The notes: generated from the sequence alone by a model not told the origin. 64,000 nt of DNA from Candidatus Woesearchaeota archaeon (GCA_964578345.1 CAZOCP010000003.1:1136-65135); one strand, 5' to 3'. Counted from the first letter of the stretch, positions 8,842 to 19,384 are shown. Program-made: numbers and translations.

Positions 8842-10254
8842 TTACCTTATTCCAAATAATCTTCTAAACCAATTAAGAATTCTCTCAATTAAATTTTGGC
8901 TTACACACTCATTAGATAAACAAACATTACTGCCGCATTCAAAGTGATTATCACATTTTACTCCGGCTTTTAATTGGGATACAAATGCTCCAGAATCAGA
9001 ACAATAGTCATTTATTTTTCTATAACCAAAAGGATAGCATTTATTATCTAATAAACAGGAATCCTTACAAATTACTTCGCCTACTTTTACACAAGCGCCA
9101 TAAGAACAGTCAGTTGGGCATTTATATTCAGTTCTACCTACAGTACCATTAACATTACAAAAACTCTCTATTAATGTATTACCAGTGCATGAATCTTTTG
9201 TGATTGAACCTCCGCCTCCACCACCTCCACCCCCATTACAAGATGGACCTTGATTAGAAGAAGAACCGCTAGAAATTTGACCAAGAGTATAATAATCCTC
9301 TCCTCCATCGCTATCAGAGCAAGTATAAGTTACATTAGAACAAACAGATAAATCATAACTGATTCGATTATAATCGCAGTAGTTTATATTACCAGATTGA
9401 GTATTATACCCAAATTCGCCGCATTTCTGAGTTGTTTCAAGAGGGTTAACACAAGCGCCATTAAAACAGCCATTAGGGCATTTATATTCTGTAAGTACTT
9501 CTACTCCCCCACTGCTGTTTATACCGCAGCTATATTCCCTAAGAAAATTAGAAACGTTCCCCAAACTACAAACATCTTTATATATTCCAAATTTATTGCC
9601 GTCTGTTGTATAATTGATATAACCAGAAAAATAAAATTCCTCTCCGCCATCAGAATCATTGCACATAGCTTTATCTGTCTGAACAGTAAAATAAAGATTT
9701 ATAGTCTTGTCTTTAAACCCATTTGATACCTTAACTTTAACATTTTTTACTCCAGCCTTTGTATACATGCAATTAAAAGTTGAAGATGGATTTCCTGTTA
9801 CAGAAATACCATCAACTCCGCAATCGTGTTGACTAAACGTAATCTCTCCCTTATAAGCATATCCTGATAAATTAGTTACATTAACAGTCCATTGAACTAC
9901 ATCCCCAATTATAACAATCCCAGATTGTGTAGCAGTGACTAAAGGAGGATTTAAGTAAGCAAAAAATTCTTTATTAATGCATCCCCCCTTAATACAAACA
10001 TTCTCATTCCCACAAAATAGATAATGCCCGACTATTGTGGTATTAAGATCTCCGCAAAGATATTCAGTTAGATAATTTCCATTACAATAATCTATAGCAT
10101 TCTTGCCAGGTATACTAACATTCCCACTTATTTCATAATTAATTCCTCCATCGCTATCAATGCATAAAAGAAAGTCGTTTGAAGCTCCTGAAATAAAAGA
10201 ACTAGAAAACAAAACTAAAAAATTCAAAAATAAAATAATTGAAATTCTTTTCAT
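8842..10254 (-). CDS. Secreted Cys-rich protein with repeated C-x-DSDGG-...-DYC-...-EY-C modules and an encoded poly-Gly run
   Basis: Signal peptide MKRISIILFLNFLVLFSSS. Three CxDSDGG modules (CIDSDGGINYEISGNV..DYCNGNYLTEYLCG, CNDSDGGEEFYF.., CSDSDGGEDYYT..). GGGGGGGGG encoded at ~9205-9240. Confidence 0.6.
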   Translation of the reverse strand: MKRISIILFLNFLVLFSSSFISGASNDFLLCIDSDGGINYEISGNVSIPGKNAIDYCNGNYLTEYLCGDLNTTIVGHYLFCGNENVCIKGGCINKEFFAYLNPPLVTATQSGIVIIGDVVQWTVNVTNLSGYAYKGEITFSQHDCGVDGISVTGNPSSTFNCMYTKAGVKNVKVKVSNGFKDKTINLYFTVQTDKAMCNDSDGGEEFYFSGYINYTTDGNKFGIYKDVCSLGNVSNFLREYSCGINSSGGVEVLTEYKCPNGCFNGACVNPLETTQKCGEFGYNTQSGNINYCDYNRISYDLSVCSNVTYTCSDSDGGEDYYTLGQISSGSSSNQGPSCNGGGGGGGGGSITKDSCTGNTLIESFCNVNGTVGRTEYKCPTDCSYGACVKVGEVICKDSCLLDNKCYPFGYRKINDYCSDSGAFVSQLKAGVKCDNHFECGSNVCLSNECVSQNLIERILNWFRRLFGIR

Positions 10255-10399
10255 AAAATAAAGATAAAAATAGTATTGATAAACCTTTCTATACTTGAAT
10301 ACTAAATAAAAGTAATAAAAAATCTAAATATGTTCTGGTAAGCTGGCTTGTGGTTCTGGACTGCCAGAGCTATTTTAATATAGAGAAAATAGTTTATAA

Positions 10400-11212
10400 T
10401 TATTTCTTAAAAAAAATAGACCTTATCCCAGACTCATACTCATCTCTCGCTGCTTCTGAAACATATCTTCTTGAAAACTCTAGGACTTCTGCTAAAGATA
10501 GTGCAGAAATGCTAACTTCTGCTCCAGAAATTCTTTGCGAAGTGCCTTCAGCAGTTCTCAACACCCCATAAGCCGCCTCGTCTTTATCCAAGCCCAACCA
10601 ACCACAATGTAGAACACGATAATGGCCAAACCACAGGTAATTAAAAATTACTTGGCTATTTGAATCTTCGGGAAGATTCTCGAATTCTATTGTTCCTTTA
10701 GTGAATCTATCAAAGTAAGGCTTAGTTTGTTTAGTGAATTCATCAAAGTAAGGCTCAGTTTGCTTTCTAAAGATGAACTGAGATTCAGGCATTTCAGGAG
10801 TTAAAATAAAACATCCTCTTTGTGAAACAATAAGTGCACTTCTGTCTTCAGGAGCCATAGATTCTTGGCTTTTTGCAAGCGCTTCGGCTGCTTCATAAAC
10901 ATCTCTGTTTGTCTCAAAATGCCTTTTGCTTGCATAAGCTCTAACAGCAACAGGAGCCATTAAAGGATTCATCAAGATAGAGTCTCTAACTAAAATAGTT
11001 TTTTTGCCCTTTAGTGCGATAGGTGCCATGCTTGTTCTTGAGTAATCTTTAGAAACACCAGCTAATCGTATCTGAGCAACTTCATCAGGAGCAGCAAGTG
11101 TATGAATGCCTTTATCTGCAAAAGCTCGCAATTGCTTATCTAAAGGCGCAGCTACACGATAAATATCTCCCAAGCCTTCTACGGTTCCTATCTTTTGTGC
11201 TTCATATGTCAT
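10400..11212 (-). CDS. Conserved hypothetical protein, copy 1 of a three-member, compositionally GC-richer paralog family (see 32036..32824 and 60282..60950)
   Basis: N-terminal ~130 aa and last ~57 aa are near-identical to copy 2 at protein and DNA level (last ~170 nt identical). ~100 bp of upstream region is also conserved. Confidence 0.6.
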   Translation of the reverse strand: MTYEAQKIGTVEGLGDIYRVAAPLDKQLRAFADKGIHTLAAPDEVAQIRLAGVSKDYSRTSMAPIALKGKKTILVRDSILMNPLMAPVAVRAYASKRHFETNRDVYEAAEALAKSQESMAPEDRSALIVSQRGCFILTPEMPESQFIFRKQTEPYFDEFTKQTKPYFDRFTKGTIEFENLPEDSNSQVIFNYLWFGHYRVLHCGWLGLDKDEAAYGVLRTAEGTSQRISGAEVSISALSLAEVLEFSRRYVSEAARDEYESGIRSIFFKK

Positions 11213-11411
11213 GCTTTTCTCAAGAATAAAAGGTATTTAAACTTTTCTATTTGTTACTATTTAGAAATTAATTTAGAGTTAAAAACCCTGGGGTTTTGTA
11301 AATTTAATTTCTTCTCAATCCATTCAAAGTTCCGGAAACTTTCAAGAATTGTTTTTTTGCAAACTCCTGACTTTAGTTCGTGAGAAAGCAAAAACAATTC
11401 TTAGCACCACC

Positions 11412-11969
11412 CTAATCCTCATGTCTTCTATGCATATATTTTCCTCCTGCAAGTTTAAATCCTGCCAAATAAGCATCTTCTTTACTGACTTTATTTTTTA
11501 AAAGATGAATAAGTCTTGAAGCTCCAAAAAACAAAATAAATAGGACAACTAAAATAAACAGCAGATAAACCATCCCCCACTTATCAGAGAAGCTGAGGAA
11601 AGATAAAATTAATTTTGTTGATTCAAAAAATGCCCCGCTGGTGGCAATTAATAAAGTAACAATAACACTGCCTATCCATCGCTTATTTCCTTCGAAAAAA
11701 GGAGTAAACCCTAATACTTCAGCAAGAATTCCAAAGAACATAATCAATAAAGAAGAGAGAATAATTAAAGTCTGTAGATTTATGCTTGTTCCTATAGGTA
11801 TTCCAAAAACAATTCTAGAAGCAATCTGTAAATTTTCTGGTATAATGATTTCCTTTGATAAAAACCCTGGCTTTTCATCATCTAAAGAAAGTGTATTGAC
11901 ATTCTCATTCTGGGCAGATGCAAAAATAATATTCAAAAAGATGATAGTCAGAATAACTTCTTTTTTCAT
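11412..11969 (-). CDS. Membrane/secreted protein with signal peptide, hypothetical
   Basis: MKKEVILTIIFLNIIFASAQN signal, then three hydrophobic helices. Confidence 0.45.
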   Translation of the reverse strand: MKKEVILTIIFLNIIFASAQNENVNTLSLDDEKPGFLSKEIIIPENLQIASRIVFGIPIGTSINLQTLIILSSLLIMFFGILAEVLGFTPFFEGNKRWIGSVIVTLLIATSGAFFESTKLILSFLSFSDKWGMVYLLFILVVLFILFFGASRLIHLLKNKVSKEDAYLAGFKLAGGKYMHRRHED

Positions 11970-12307
11970 GGCCTAATGGGCAAAACAAACTTTATATCTC
12001 TTTCTAAAAAAGATTTTTTTGATGTCAGAAATGCGGTACAAACCGCGGCTTTAGGGCACTGTATTCCTGAGTATCCCAACGTCCCAAACAAACCTCTGCT
12101 TTTAAGTAGAGTTATAACAAAAGGACTTTTTGATGCCAAAGAACTTGATGAAAAAAACACCTTTTAAGATGCGCTTATTTTTTTAATCATTAAAAACCCC
12201 AAAGTCGCTGAAAGCGAGACTATCTATTTTCCGAAGGAAAATCAAGCGCGCTTCCTCTGTGCAAAGAAGGTAACAACAATCACAATTGAGTTGAACTGCT
12301 AATTATC

Positions 12308-13300
12308 CTACTTATTCAAAGGCTTCTCTTTTGCCTTTGAATTGTCAAACCAATCAAAATACTGAAGCGCGGAATCTTTTCCCTTTTTTATTAAATCTTC
12401 TTTTTGCTCATCTTTGAGGGAAAATTGGGTTGCTTTTATTTTTCCGCAGTTGATGTATATTGTTCTATGCCAGTCTTTCTCATCAAGATGTTTTTTATTT
12501 GCGTTGTCTATAAATCCGACAATTAGAGTTTCTACAAATCCTTTTAGATTTTTTACTTCCTCTTGATATCCTGGATTTTCTATTGTGCTTATCTCCTCTT
12601 GAGAGTCGACTCTTAAGCCAATTGTCTCTTTATTATAGATTTTCTCTTCACTATTTTTTTCTAAGTTTTTATATTCTTCCAGATATTCAGGCTTGTCAAA
12701 AATATCTATAGGATAATTGTAATATAAACCTCCATCAATAAAGAACTGCTTATTTTGTTCAACTGCTTGGAAGAAGAGAGGTATTGAAGCTGAAATTCTG
12801 ACCGCATCTATTATCTTCATGTCTGGAGTGTTTTTTTTGCTCATTATAATCTCTGTTTTATTATTAAGATTAGTCCCAGTCAGATACAATTCTTTAATTA
12901 GGCCGCCTTGATTTTCTTTTAATTCATACAACTGACGAAACGTGATATTTTCTGCAGATTTCTTCTTAAAAACTTCCTGCAGCCATTTTTTTAGTTTATC
13001 ACCCTTAAACCATCCGAATCTTTTATAAAATCTTATTATATTAAATGGAATGAAAAATGAGTCGTCTTTAAAATCTGCGAAATCTGTTTTTTTAAGCAAT
13101 TCGCTTATTTCTTGAGCAGTGTAACCAATGCTTAAAATAGATGCAGTGATTGCTCCAACCGAACTGCCTGCAACTCTTTCTATATTTTTTAATATGCCTT
13201 TTTCCTCCAAGACCTGCATTGCTCCGGCATAAGCGATTCCCTTTATTCCCCCGCCCTCAAAAACCAAGTTCTTAAAATTATAACTTGAATATTTTTTCAT
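12308..13300 (-). CDS. Patatin-like phospholipase
   Basis: GGGIKGIAYAGA oxyanion motif, G-S-S-V-G (GxSxG) nucleophile, FIDGG catalytic Asp motif. Confidence 0.8.
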   Translation of the reverse strand: MKKYSSYNFKNLVFEGGGIKGIAYAGAMQVLEEKGILKNIERVAGSSVGAITASILSIGYTAQEISELLKKTDFADFKDDSFFIPFNIIRFYKRFGWFKGDKLKKWLQEVFKKKSAENITFRQLYELKENQGGLIKELYLTGTNLNNKTEIIMSKKNTPDMKIIDAVRISASIPLFFQAVEQNKQFFIDGGLYYNYPIDIFDKPEYLEEYKNLEKNSEEKIYNKETIGLRVDSQEEISTIENPGYQEEVKNLKGFVETLIVGFIDNANKKHLDEKDWHRTIYINCGKIKATQFSLKDEQKEDLIKKGKDSALQYFDWFDNSKAKEKPLNK

Positions 13301-13301
13301 T

Positions 13302-15626
13302 TTATAAGAGAGTTTTTTGTCTTGAATTTTTTACAATGTCTTCAAAATTTTTCCCAAGCAAAGTTAGTATCTGATCTGCAATTGGGGCTATCTGTTTTTC
13401 TATATAATGAGCGTAATTAATTTTATGCTTTCTTTTTTGTATTGGTTCAGGACCAGCAGTTGTAATGTAGTATTGTATTACATTTGAATCAAGATTGTCT
13501 AAAAGCCGGGCTGCTTTTACATGTGGAGGAGTCGTTTTTATATATTTGCCTAATTCTTTTCTTATTGATTTTCTATAAATCAGCTTATCATCTATTTTTC
13601 CATCTGTAATTTTTTTAATGAATTCTTTTATAAATTTCTCAACAGGCTCTCTGTGAAATACCTTAACAAGAATTTCCTTCTGGAAATCCTGCGCAGCTTC
13701 TGTCCAGTCCCCTCTTATAGCTTCTAATCCAACAATTTCCAATATTTCTTTATTTTCTTTTTCAATAAGCCCCGCATAACGCTTTTTAGCAGCTTTTTCT
13801 TTTTCCTTATCTCTGATTTTAGGTATCATAAGAGATAAATACTGTTTTTGAAACTGCAATTCTAGAAGAGAATTTCTGCCGTACTTTTCTTTTACAAATT
13901 TAGAATAAAAAATATTTATTTCATTCTCAATTTTTTCCCCTAAAATATTTGCTTTTTCTTTCTCTAATTTTGTTTCAACAAATACAGAATCAGTATCTGA
14001 ATATATAACTTTATATCCTTTTTTTTCTATTTCTACAGCAGTAAGCTTAATAAGCATTTGGCCAAAGTGAGTAATTGAATTTGCAATATCTAAGTTGAAA
14101 TATCTGCAATTTGGTGAAGCCAAAACTCCGAAGAAAGAGTTCATAATTATTTTAATTGCGTAGCTTGCCAGCTCTCTTTTTTCTTTTTTAGCTTTTTCTC
14201 TTGCTTGATGAAGCCTCTCTATTATTTCAGGAAGAATGCCTGTTTTATTTTTGAATAGAGCGCCATTAGGAGCTTCAATAGAATCTTTTTCTTTTTTTAC
14301 TATAAAAGATGCCGGGTCTATATTAAATGTCTTTATAATTGAAGGATATAGAGATTTAAAATCCAACACTAGAACGTTATGGTATATGCCAGGCTCTGGA
14401 GATTTTACATACCCTCCTTTAATGCGCTCCTCTTTTTCTTTGTAGATAGTTGTAGGAGAAACAGTTCCAAGTTTTCTTGCTTCTCTTATATATAAAGAGT
14501 CAAATGCTGCTATTGAGGATGTTACTCTGTTAAATGGCAAAGATGTCAACTGAGATCTCTCAAGTACAAGTTCGATTATTTTTGTCTCTTTTATGATGTC
14601 ATACGCAAGCTTGCAATCCATGAGATTGTAATCCACAATTTTCTGAGGATTTTTTTTATATAATTTTTCTATTTCTTCATGCCTTCCAGATCCTTTTATG
14701 AGTTTTCCAGTTTTTAAGATCGCTTGGGCTACATCTTCTAAAGAGTACGAATCAAAGTCGGCATTTTTTATTGACGGCGCTTCTTTTATGAAAGGATCTT
14801 TGATTAGATTAATTCCATCTAAAACTTGCCTGCCCGGCATATCTACAGATGAAGAGCGGAAGAAATTCGATTCTATTCTCATTCTGACATTTTCTGAATT
14901 CCTCCCCAAATCAAAGCAAATACTATGTTTTTTAAAAAGGTTCTTTAGATAAACTAAATCAAAATCTATTACATTCCATCCAATTATTATATCTGGGTCC
15001 TGTTTTATCAACTCGGCCCTGAATTTTTCTAGACAGTCTGCTTCCGTCAAACAAGATACAGTGTTCTTCAGCTTTTCTTTCGTTACCATAAAATTTTTCT
15101 GATAATTTTCTCCATATATTCCTATACAGAACAAATCGCCTGATTCTTTACTAGATTCTATATCCATTGAAAGAATTTTTAGATTGGGCTGATAGAACTC
15201 AGCAGTTATTTCAGGATTATGATATATTCTATCGACTTTTTCTGAAGAAGAATATTCTCCATCTATATTTATTGTTGCAAAGATATCTTCGTCAATTATA
15301 AAACGCATGGCTGGCTTGATATCCGCTTCATAAGTCTCTATATTTGATTTATGTAAAAAACTTACAAGAGAGTTTATTTCTGCAGGCACGGCTGCTGCTA
15401 TCTTTACGACCTTTTCATTCTGAAAATTTACGAGGTCTGCTTCCACAACTTTATATTTTTGGAGATATTTCTCAACTTTTTTCGCATCACTTTTTTTTAT
15501 GAAAAAGTAAGGCTCTATTTTTTTAAGAGCTATAAAAGACTGTCCGTTTTCCAGCTTTCCGAATAAATGCACGATTGTTTCATTGTTATCTATAATATAA
15601 GACGAATCTACAATACAACCTTTCAT
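13302..15626 (-). CDS. polB: Family B DNA polymerase (unsplit, no intein evident)
   Basis: Exo motif MDIES, motif A DFKSLYPSII, motif C YSDTDS. Length 774 aa. Confidence 0.9.
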   Translation of the reverse strand: MKGCIVDSSYIIDNNETIVHLFGKLENGQSFIALKKIEPYFFIKKSDAKKVEKYLQKYKVVEADLVNFQNEKVVKIAAAVPAEINSLVSFLHKSNIETYEADIKPAMRFIIDEDIFATINIDGEYSSSEKVDRIYHNPEITAEFYQPNLKILSMDIESSKESGDLFCIGIYGENYQKNFMVTKEKLKNTVSCLTEADCLEKFRAELIKQDPDIIIGWNVIDFDLVYLKNLFKKHSICFDLGRNSENVRMRIESNFFRSSSVDMPGRQVLDGINLIKDPFIKEAPSIKNADFDSYSLEDVAQAILKTGKLIKGSGRHEEIEKLYKKNPQKIVDYNLMDCKLAYDIIKETKIIELVLERSQLTSLPFNRVTSSIAAFDSLYIREARKLGTVSPTTIYKEKEERIKGGYVKSPEPGIYHNVLVLDFKSLYPSIIKTFNIDPASFIVKKEKDSIEAPNGALFKNKTGILPEIIERLHQAREKAKKEKRELASYAIKIIMNSFFGVLASPNCRYFNLDIANSITHFGQMLIKLTAVEIEKKGYKVIYSDTDSVFVETKLEKEKANILGEKIENEINIFYSKFVKEKYGRNSLLELQFQKQYLSLMIPKIRDKEKEKAAKKRYAGLIEKENKEILEIVGLEAIRGDWTEAAQDFQKEILVKVFHREPVEKFIKEFIKKITDGKIDDKLIYRKSIRKELGKYIKTTPPHVKAARLLDNLDSNVIQYYITTAGPEPIQKRKHKINYAHYIEKQIAPIADQILTLLGKNFEDIVKNSRQKTLL

Positions 15627-16319
15627 CTTTTTTATAATATATGTGAGTTTTTAGACATTATCTATTTCAAGAGCAAAGTTATTCTTCTTTTAATATTTAT
15701 AATTTACTATATAGTAGTTACGTTAGAAAGATTTAAATAGCCGAATTATCTTTGTTTTTTATGCAGCAACAAATAGAATATATTAAGGATATTGACTCGT
15801 TTGCAATAAAGGTTGTTAGAGATGCCTCTATGCCTAGGTCGCATAGAGGAGATTTGGATTTTCTTGTGATAACAGCGGAAACTATACAACAGTCAAGCCA
15901 GATACCTGATGAATAGAGTTATTTAATTGAGCTTTCTTTTGTCAAGAGATTTTTAGGCATTGATAACCAGCGGCGCAATATAATAAAGTGCAATCTGCCG
16001 TATCTTCATTATAAAAATGAAGGAAGATGCAATCAATCTGAATACGTTTTTAATTACTTAAACAATTTGAAGAATATTTTAATATCCAAGCACAGTCTTT
16101 TCGACCAGGGCAACATTCGAATCAACGGGAACTTTTTATATGTGCCTGCTTCGTTTAAAATTCTCGATGATATGTTTACTTCTTTATATAGTGGTGGACT
16201 GAAATAACTTACCACGAAAGCCAACATATTCCCAGACTCAAATGTTAACCATCCAATTTGAGTCTGCACTACAGTATACTCTTAGATAAATATTTAATGT
16301 TGTCTTTTGTAAGATTTAG

Positions 16320-17327
16320 ATGGGATTACAGATTGGAGACATTGTACCAAGACGGGAGCTATCTCTCTCTGAACTTAAAGGGAAAACAATAGCTATAGAT
16401 GCTTTTAATGCAATTTATCAATTTTTAAGCTCAATAAGACAGCCGGATGGCACACCCTTAAAAGACAATAAGGGGAGAGTAACCTCCCATCTTTCAGGCT
16501 TGTTTTATAGGAATATTTCCTTATTGAGCGAAGGTATTGTACTTATTTATGTTTTTGACGGAGAGTATCATATACTAAAAGGAAAGACGCATGAAATTAG
16601 ACAGGAGGCTAAAGATATTGCGCAGGAAAAGTTTAGAACTGCTCTTGAAGAAGAGGACATTGAAGGAATGGCTAAATATTCTAGAGGCTTTACGAAACTT
16701 ACTGCAGAAATGATTGCAGAAAGCAAAGAACTTCTGACTGCTATGGGTGTTGCAGTACTGCAGGCGCCAGGCGAGGGAGAGATGCAGTGCGCAGAACTTG
16801 TTAAATCAGAGCAGGCTTACGCTGTTGCAAGCCAGGATTATGACGCGTTGGTCGTAGGAGGTAAAAGGCTGATTCAAAACCTAACATTATCACGCAAACG
16901 TAAAACTCCTTCCGGATTTGTCTATATTGCACCAGAGCTTATAGAGTATGAGAAATTACTAAATGAATTAGGAATTGATGTTGATCAGTTTATATGCCTT
17001 GCCATTTTAGTAGGAACTGATTTTAATCCGGGCGGAATTAAAGGCATTGGACCCAAGAAGGCCCTGGCTTTAGTGAGAGATAAAAAATATCCTGTACAGA
17101 TATTTAGGTCTGTTGAGGAGAAATTGGACTTTAATTGGCAGGAAGTTTTTGAGATATTCAAGAAGCCAAATGTTTCTAAAGAGAAAAATGTTTTTCCTAA
17201 GATTGATGAAAAGAAAATAAAAGAAATTCTAGTGAATGAACATAACTTTTCACTTGAGAGAGTTGAGAAGCAGCTTGAGAAACTGCGCGATATAAGGAAA
17301 AAGAGTGCACAAAACAAATTGTTTTAA
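16320..17327 (+). CDS. fen: Flap endonuclease FEN1
   Basis: MGLQIGDI...ELKGKTIAIDAFNAIYQFL, LIYVFDG, and an H3TH region. Confidence 0.9.
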   Translation: MGLQIGDIVPRRELSLSELKGKTIAIDAFNAIYQFLSSIRQPDGTPLKDNKGRVTSHLSGLFYRNISLLSEGIVLIYVFDGEYHILKGKTHEIRQEAKDIAQEKFRTALEEEDIEGMAKYSRGFTKLTAEMIAESKELLTAMGVAVLQAPGEGEMQCAELVKSEQAYAVASQDYDALVVGGKRLIQNLTLSRKRKTPSGFVYIAPELIEYEKLLNELGIDVDQFICLAILVGTDFNPGGIKGIGPKKALALVRDKKYPVQIFRSVEEKLDFNWQEVFEIFKKPNVSKEKNVFPKIDEKKIKEILVNEHNFSLERVEKQLEKLRDIRKKSAQNKLF

Positions 17328-17339
17328 TCTTTCCGCAAT

Positions 17340-17530
17340 AAATCCTGAGTTGTCAAGAACCCACCACTAAAGTGGCGGGCGTGTTAGGGTTCTTGAGCAC
17401 ACGAGATTTGTGTTTGCTTACCCACGAACTGAAGTAGGGGGATTGCGCAAACACAAATGCTCGATGTTTCAAGTCAATTTCATTTAATCGTTCAGGTTAA
17501 GCGAAGTTTCAGCACAATAAATTTATTAAG
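17340..17530. repeat. GC-richer non-coding repeat unit (ctcgag/ttaatcgttcagg...aagcgaagttt family)
   Basis: Shares ttaatcgttcagg(t/c)taagcgaagttt(c/t)ag(c/g)cac with 18965-19005, and ctcgag-rich segments with 18920-18990 and 20740-20800. Confidence 0.5.
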
Positions 17531-17563
17531 ACAAAAAGCCAAAAAGAATCAAGAAAGAAATTA

Positions 17564-17851
17564 ATGGACAACATTTTTGAAGTTATTGATAAAACAGGAA
17601 GGAAAATTAGATTGACTCATAAACAGTGGAAACATATTCAACAAGACCATCCAAATAATGTCAAAATAGAAGACATAGAAGAGGCTATTAAGAATCCTAT
17701 AAAAATTATCCAAAAAAGAATAAATTCTGCTTTTTATTATCAATATTTTAAACATAGAAAAGAACCTGCAAAATATCTTAGAGTCGTCGTTAAGTATTTA
17801 AACGATGACGGTTTTATTATAACGTCTTACTTTGTTAAGAATCCAACATGA
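17564..17851 (+). CDS. DUF4258-like small protein (putative toxin of a DUF4258/DUF2283 pair)
   Basis: 95 aa with KIRLTHKQWKHIQQDHP. A 4-nt overlap with the downstream DUF2283-like gene gives a TA-like arrangement. Confidence 0.4.
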   Translation: MDNIFEVIDKTGRKIRLTHKQWKHIQQDHPNNVKIEDIEEAIKNPIKIIQKRINSAFYYQYFKHRKEPAKYLRVVVKYLNDDGFIITSYFVKNPT

Positions 17852-18081
17852 AAGGAAAAATGAATATGTATTATGATGAAGAAGGAGATTATTTAGAGAT
17901 TTTTGCAGGCGAGCCTAGAGAAAATTATGGTGAGGATGTCGCAGAAGATATAACTTTATTTAGAGATGAAAAAACAGACGAAGTTGTAGGTATAGGAATA
18001 TTAAACTTTAAAAAAAGAGCATCTGATTTGAAAGAAGTGCTTAGCAAACTTCCTGTTTCTATAAAAATAGAACCAAATTAA
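17848..18081 (+). CDS. DUF2283-like small protein (putative antitoxin partner)
   Basis: MYYDEEGDYLEIF...GEDVAEDITLFRDEKTDEVVGIGIL matches the DUF2283 hallmark (YD-E-D-L-I). Confidence 0.45.
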   Translation: MKGKMNMYYDEEGDYLEIFAGEPRENYGEDVAEDITLFRDEKTDEVVGIGILNFKKRASDLKEVLSKLPVSIKIEPN

Positions 18082-18384
18082 TTTCTTTAGTCATTAAGCT
18101 GAAACTTAAAAGAAAATGCGTTTTTACACGAAGTAAAACATTCTCGGAGAGAATGAGCACTTTCTCGCTTAGTGGAGATTAGGCGAGTCCAAAGGACCTC
18201 TTGGTGCGAACTCAGAGCCAAGAGTTAGTAAACTTGGATAAAAATTTGAGGTTGGGCGTAATTGCTGTTTGTTATCAGATTTATGGAGGGCTACAATTTT
18301 GGGGGGACGGCGCGCTATCCTCAAATATTACTATTAAATAACAACAATAAAAATATTTAAATAGTCATTATTTCTCCAAATAAT

Positions 18385-18795
18385 ATGGGATTAGAAGATA
18401 TACCGAATGTACAAATATTAGAATTTAGAGATAGTGTAAAATGGAATTTTGAAAAACACCCTTCTTATAATGGAAAATTTATAGCTATGCGAGATAAACA
18501 AGGTAAAAATTATCTTTTCTCAATAGTTTCTATTGATCCAAATGAGTTACTAATGAGACAGCATAAGGATTTGGTATATATATTTAATATGAATGCAATA
18601 GATGATTACAATGTTTCAAATCCTGGAAGTGAATTTAATGTCACTGGGGGTGGAAAGATTAAAGTATCTTCAGAATCTGTATCTTTATATGACAAAAGTG
18701 AAAAATATGGAGAATTTAACAGATCCGATATTGAATCCATAATCAAAGATTACATGGTAAAAAATTTGCCAAAACATACATTATCTTTTGAATAA
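18385..18795 (+). CDS. Hypothetical protein
   Basis: 136-aa ORF with no recognisable motif. Flanked by repeat-rich non-coding DNA. Confidence 0.35.
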   Translation: MGLEDIPNVQILEFRDSVKWNFEKHPSYNGKFIAMRDKQGKNYLFSIVSIDPNELLMRQHKDLVYIFNMNAIDDYNVSNPGSEFNVTGGGKIKVSSESVSLYDKSEKYGEFNRSDIESIIKDYMVKNLPKHTLSFE

Positions 18796-18837
18796 TTCTC
18801 AATTCTTTTTTATATTACTCTTAAGTCTTTGGCCTTC

Positions 18838-19306
18838 GTGCCGTCCTGGGTGGGGGGTTGGTGAATAAGCCAGCATGAATTTAATACAATGTTGTGATTA
18901 CGTTTGAAACAGCTCTTCAAGTAAATTAGGCAACTCGAGACTCCGAGTTCGTACCTCGAGCTTCTTACAGAAGTCTGTTAATCGTTCAGGCTAAGCGAAG
19001 TTTTAGGCACTATTATTTCCTTGAACAACCTAAAACTTACAGCATTCATCGGTTCGAACTAAGAGAACGATTTTGGAAAAATCGAGATGGATGCCGCTTA
19101 GTAGAGATTAAAAGAAGTTCTAATTTACCTCTCGATAAAATAAAAAAGATTGGAGGTTCCTTCGGAATTCCAAAATCGCATTTTCGCTACGTTTAAGCTC
19201 TTTCAAAAACAGAGACGCCGTTCGGCGTTTAATCTTTGCTTAAACATAATTAACTCATTGTTCCAAGCCATTTAGGGTTTCTTTACCCCCGACCACCCAC
19301 CCCTAG
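18838..19306. ncRNA. Candidate structured non-coding region closed by complementary termini (cctgggtggggggttgg ... cccccgaccacccacccc)
   Basis: ~470 nt, GC-richer than flanks, no ORF, G-rich 5' and C-rich 3' segments able to pair. Contains internal copies of the ctcgag/ttaatcgttcagg repeat modules. Confidence 0.25.
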
Positions 19307-19384
19307 ATTGGAGAGGGCACTTTGAAATACAAATCAGACCGCAGAACGTTGGGGGCAGAAGATGACAAACCGACAGACTTTTAA

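Noticed and set aside
10400-11212. Diversity-generating retroelement (template/variable repeat) explanation for the near-identical paralog segments
   Set aside because: Differences between copies are not adenine-specific and are spread as mixed substitutions and indels. The identical tracts span whole gene ends including promoter and 3' UTR. No reverse transcriptase is in the window.
18838-19306. RNase P RNA or SRP RNA in the 580-bp non-coding block
   Set aside because: Neither strand shows the universal P4 motifs (GGAAAGUCCGGGC / ACAGAA-CCGGCUUA) or the SRP helix-8 GAAGCAG motif. Kept only as an unassigned structured-region candidate.
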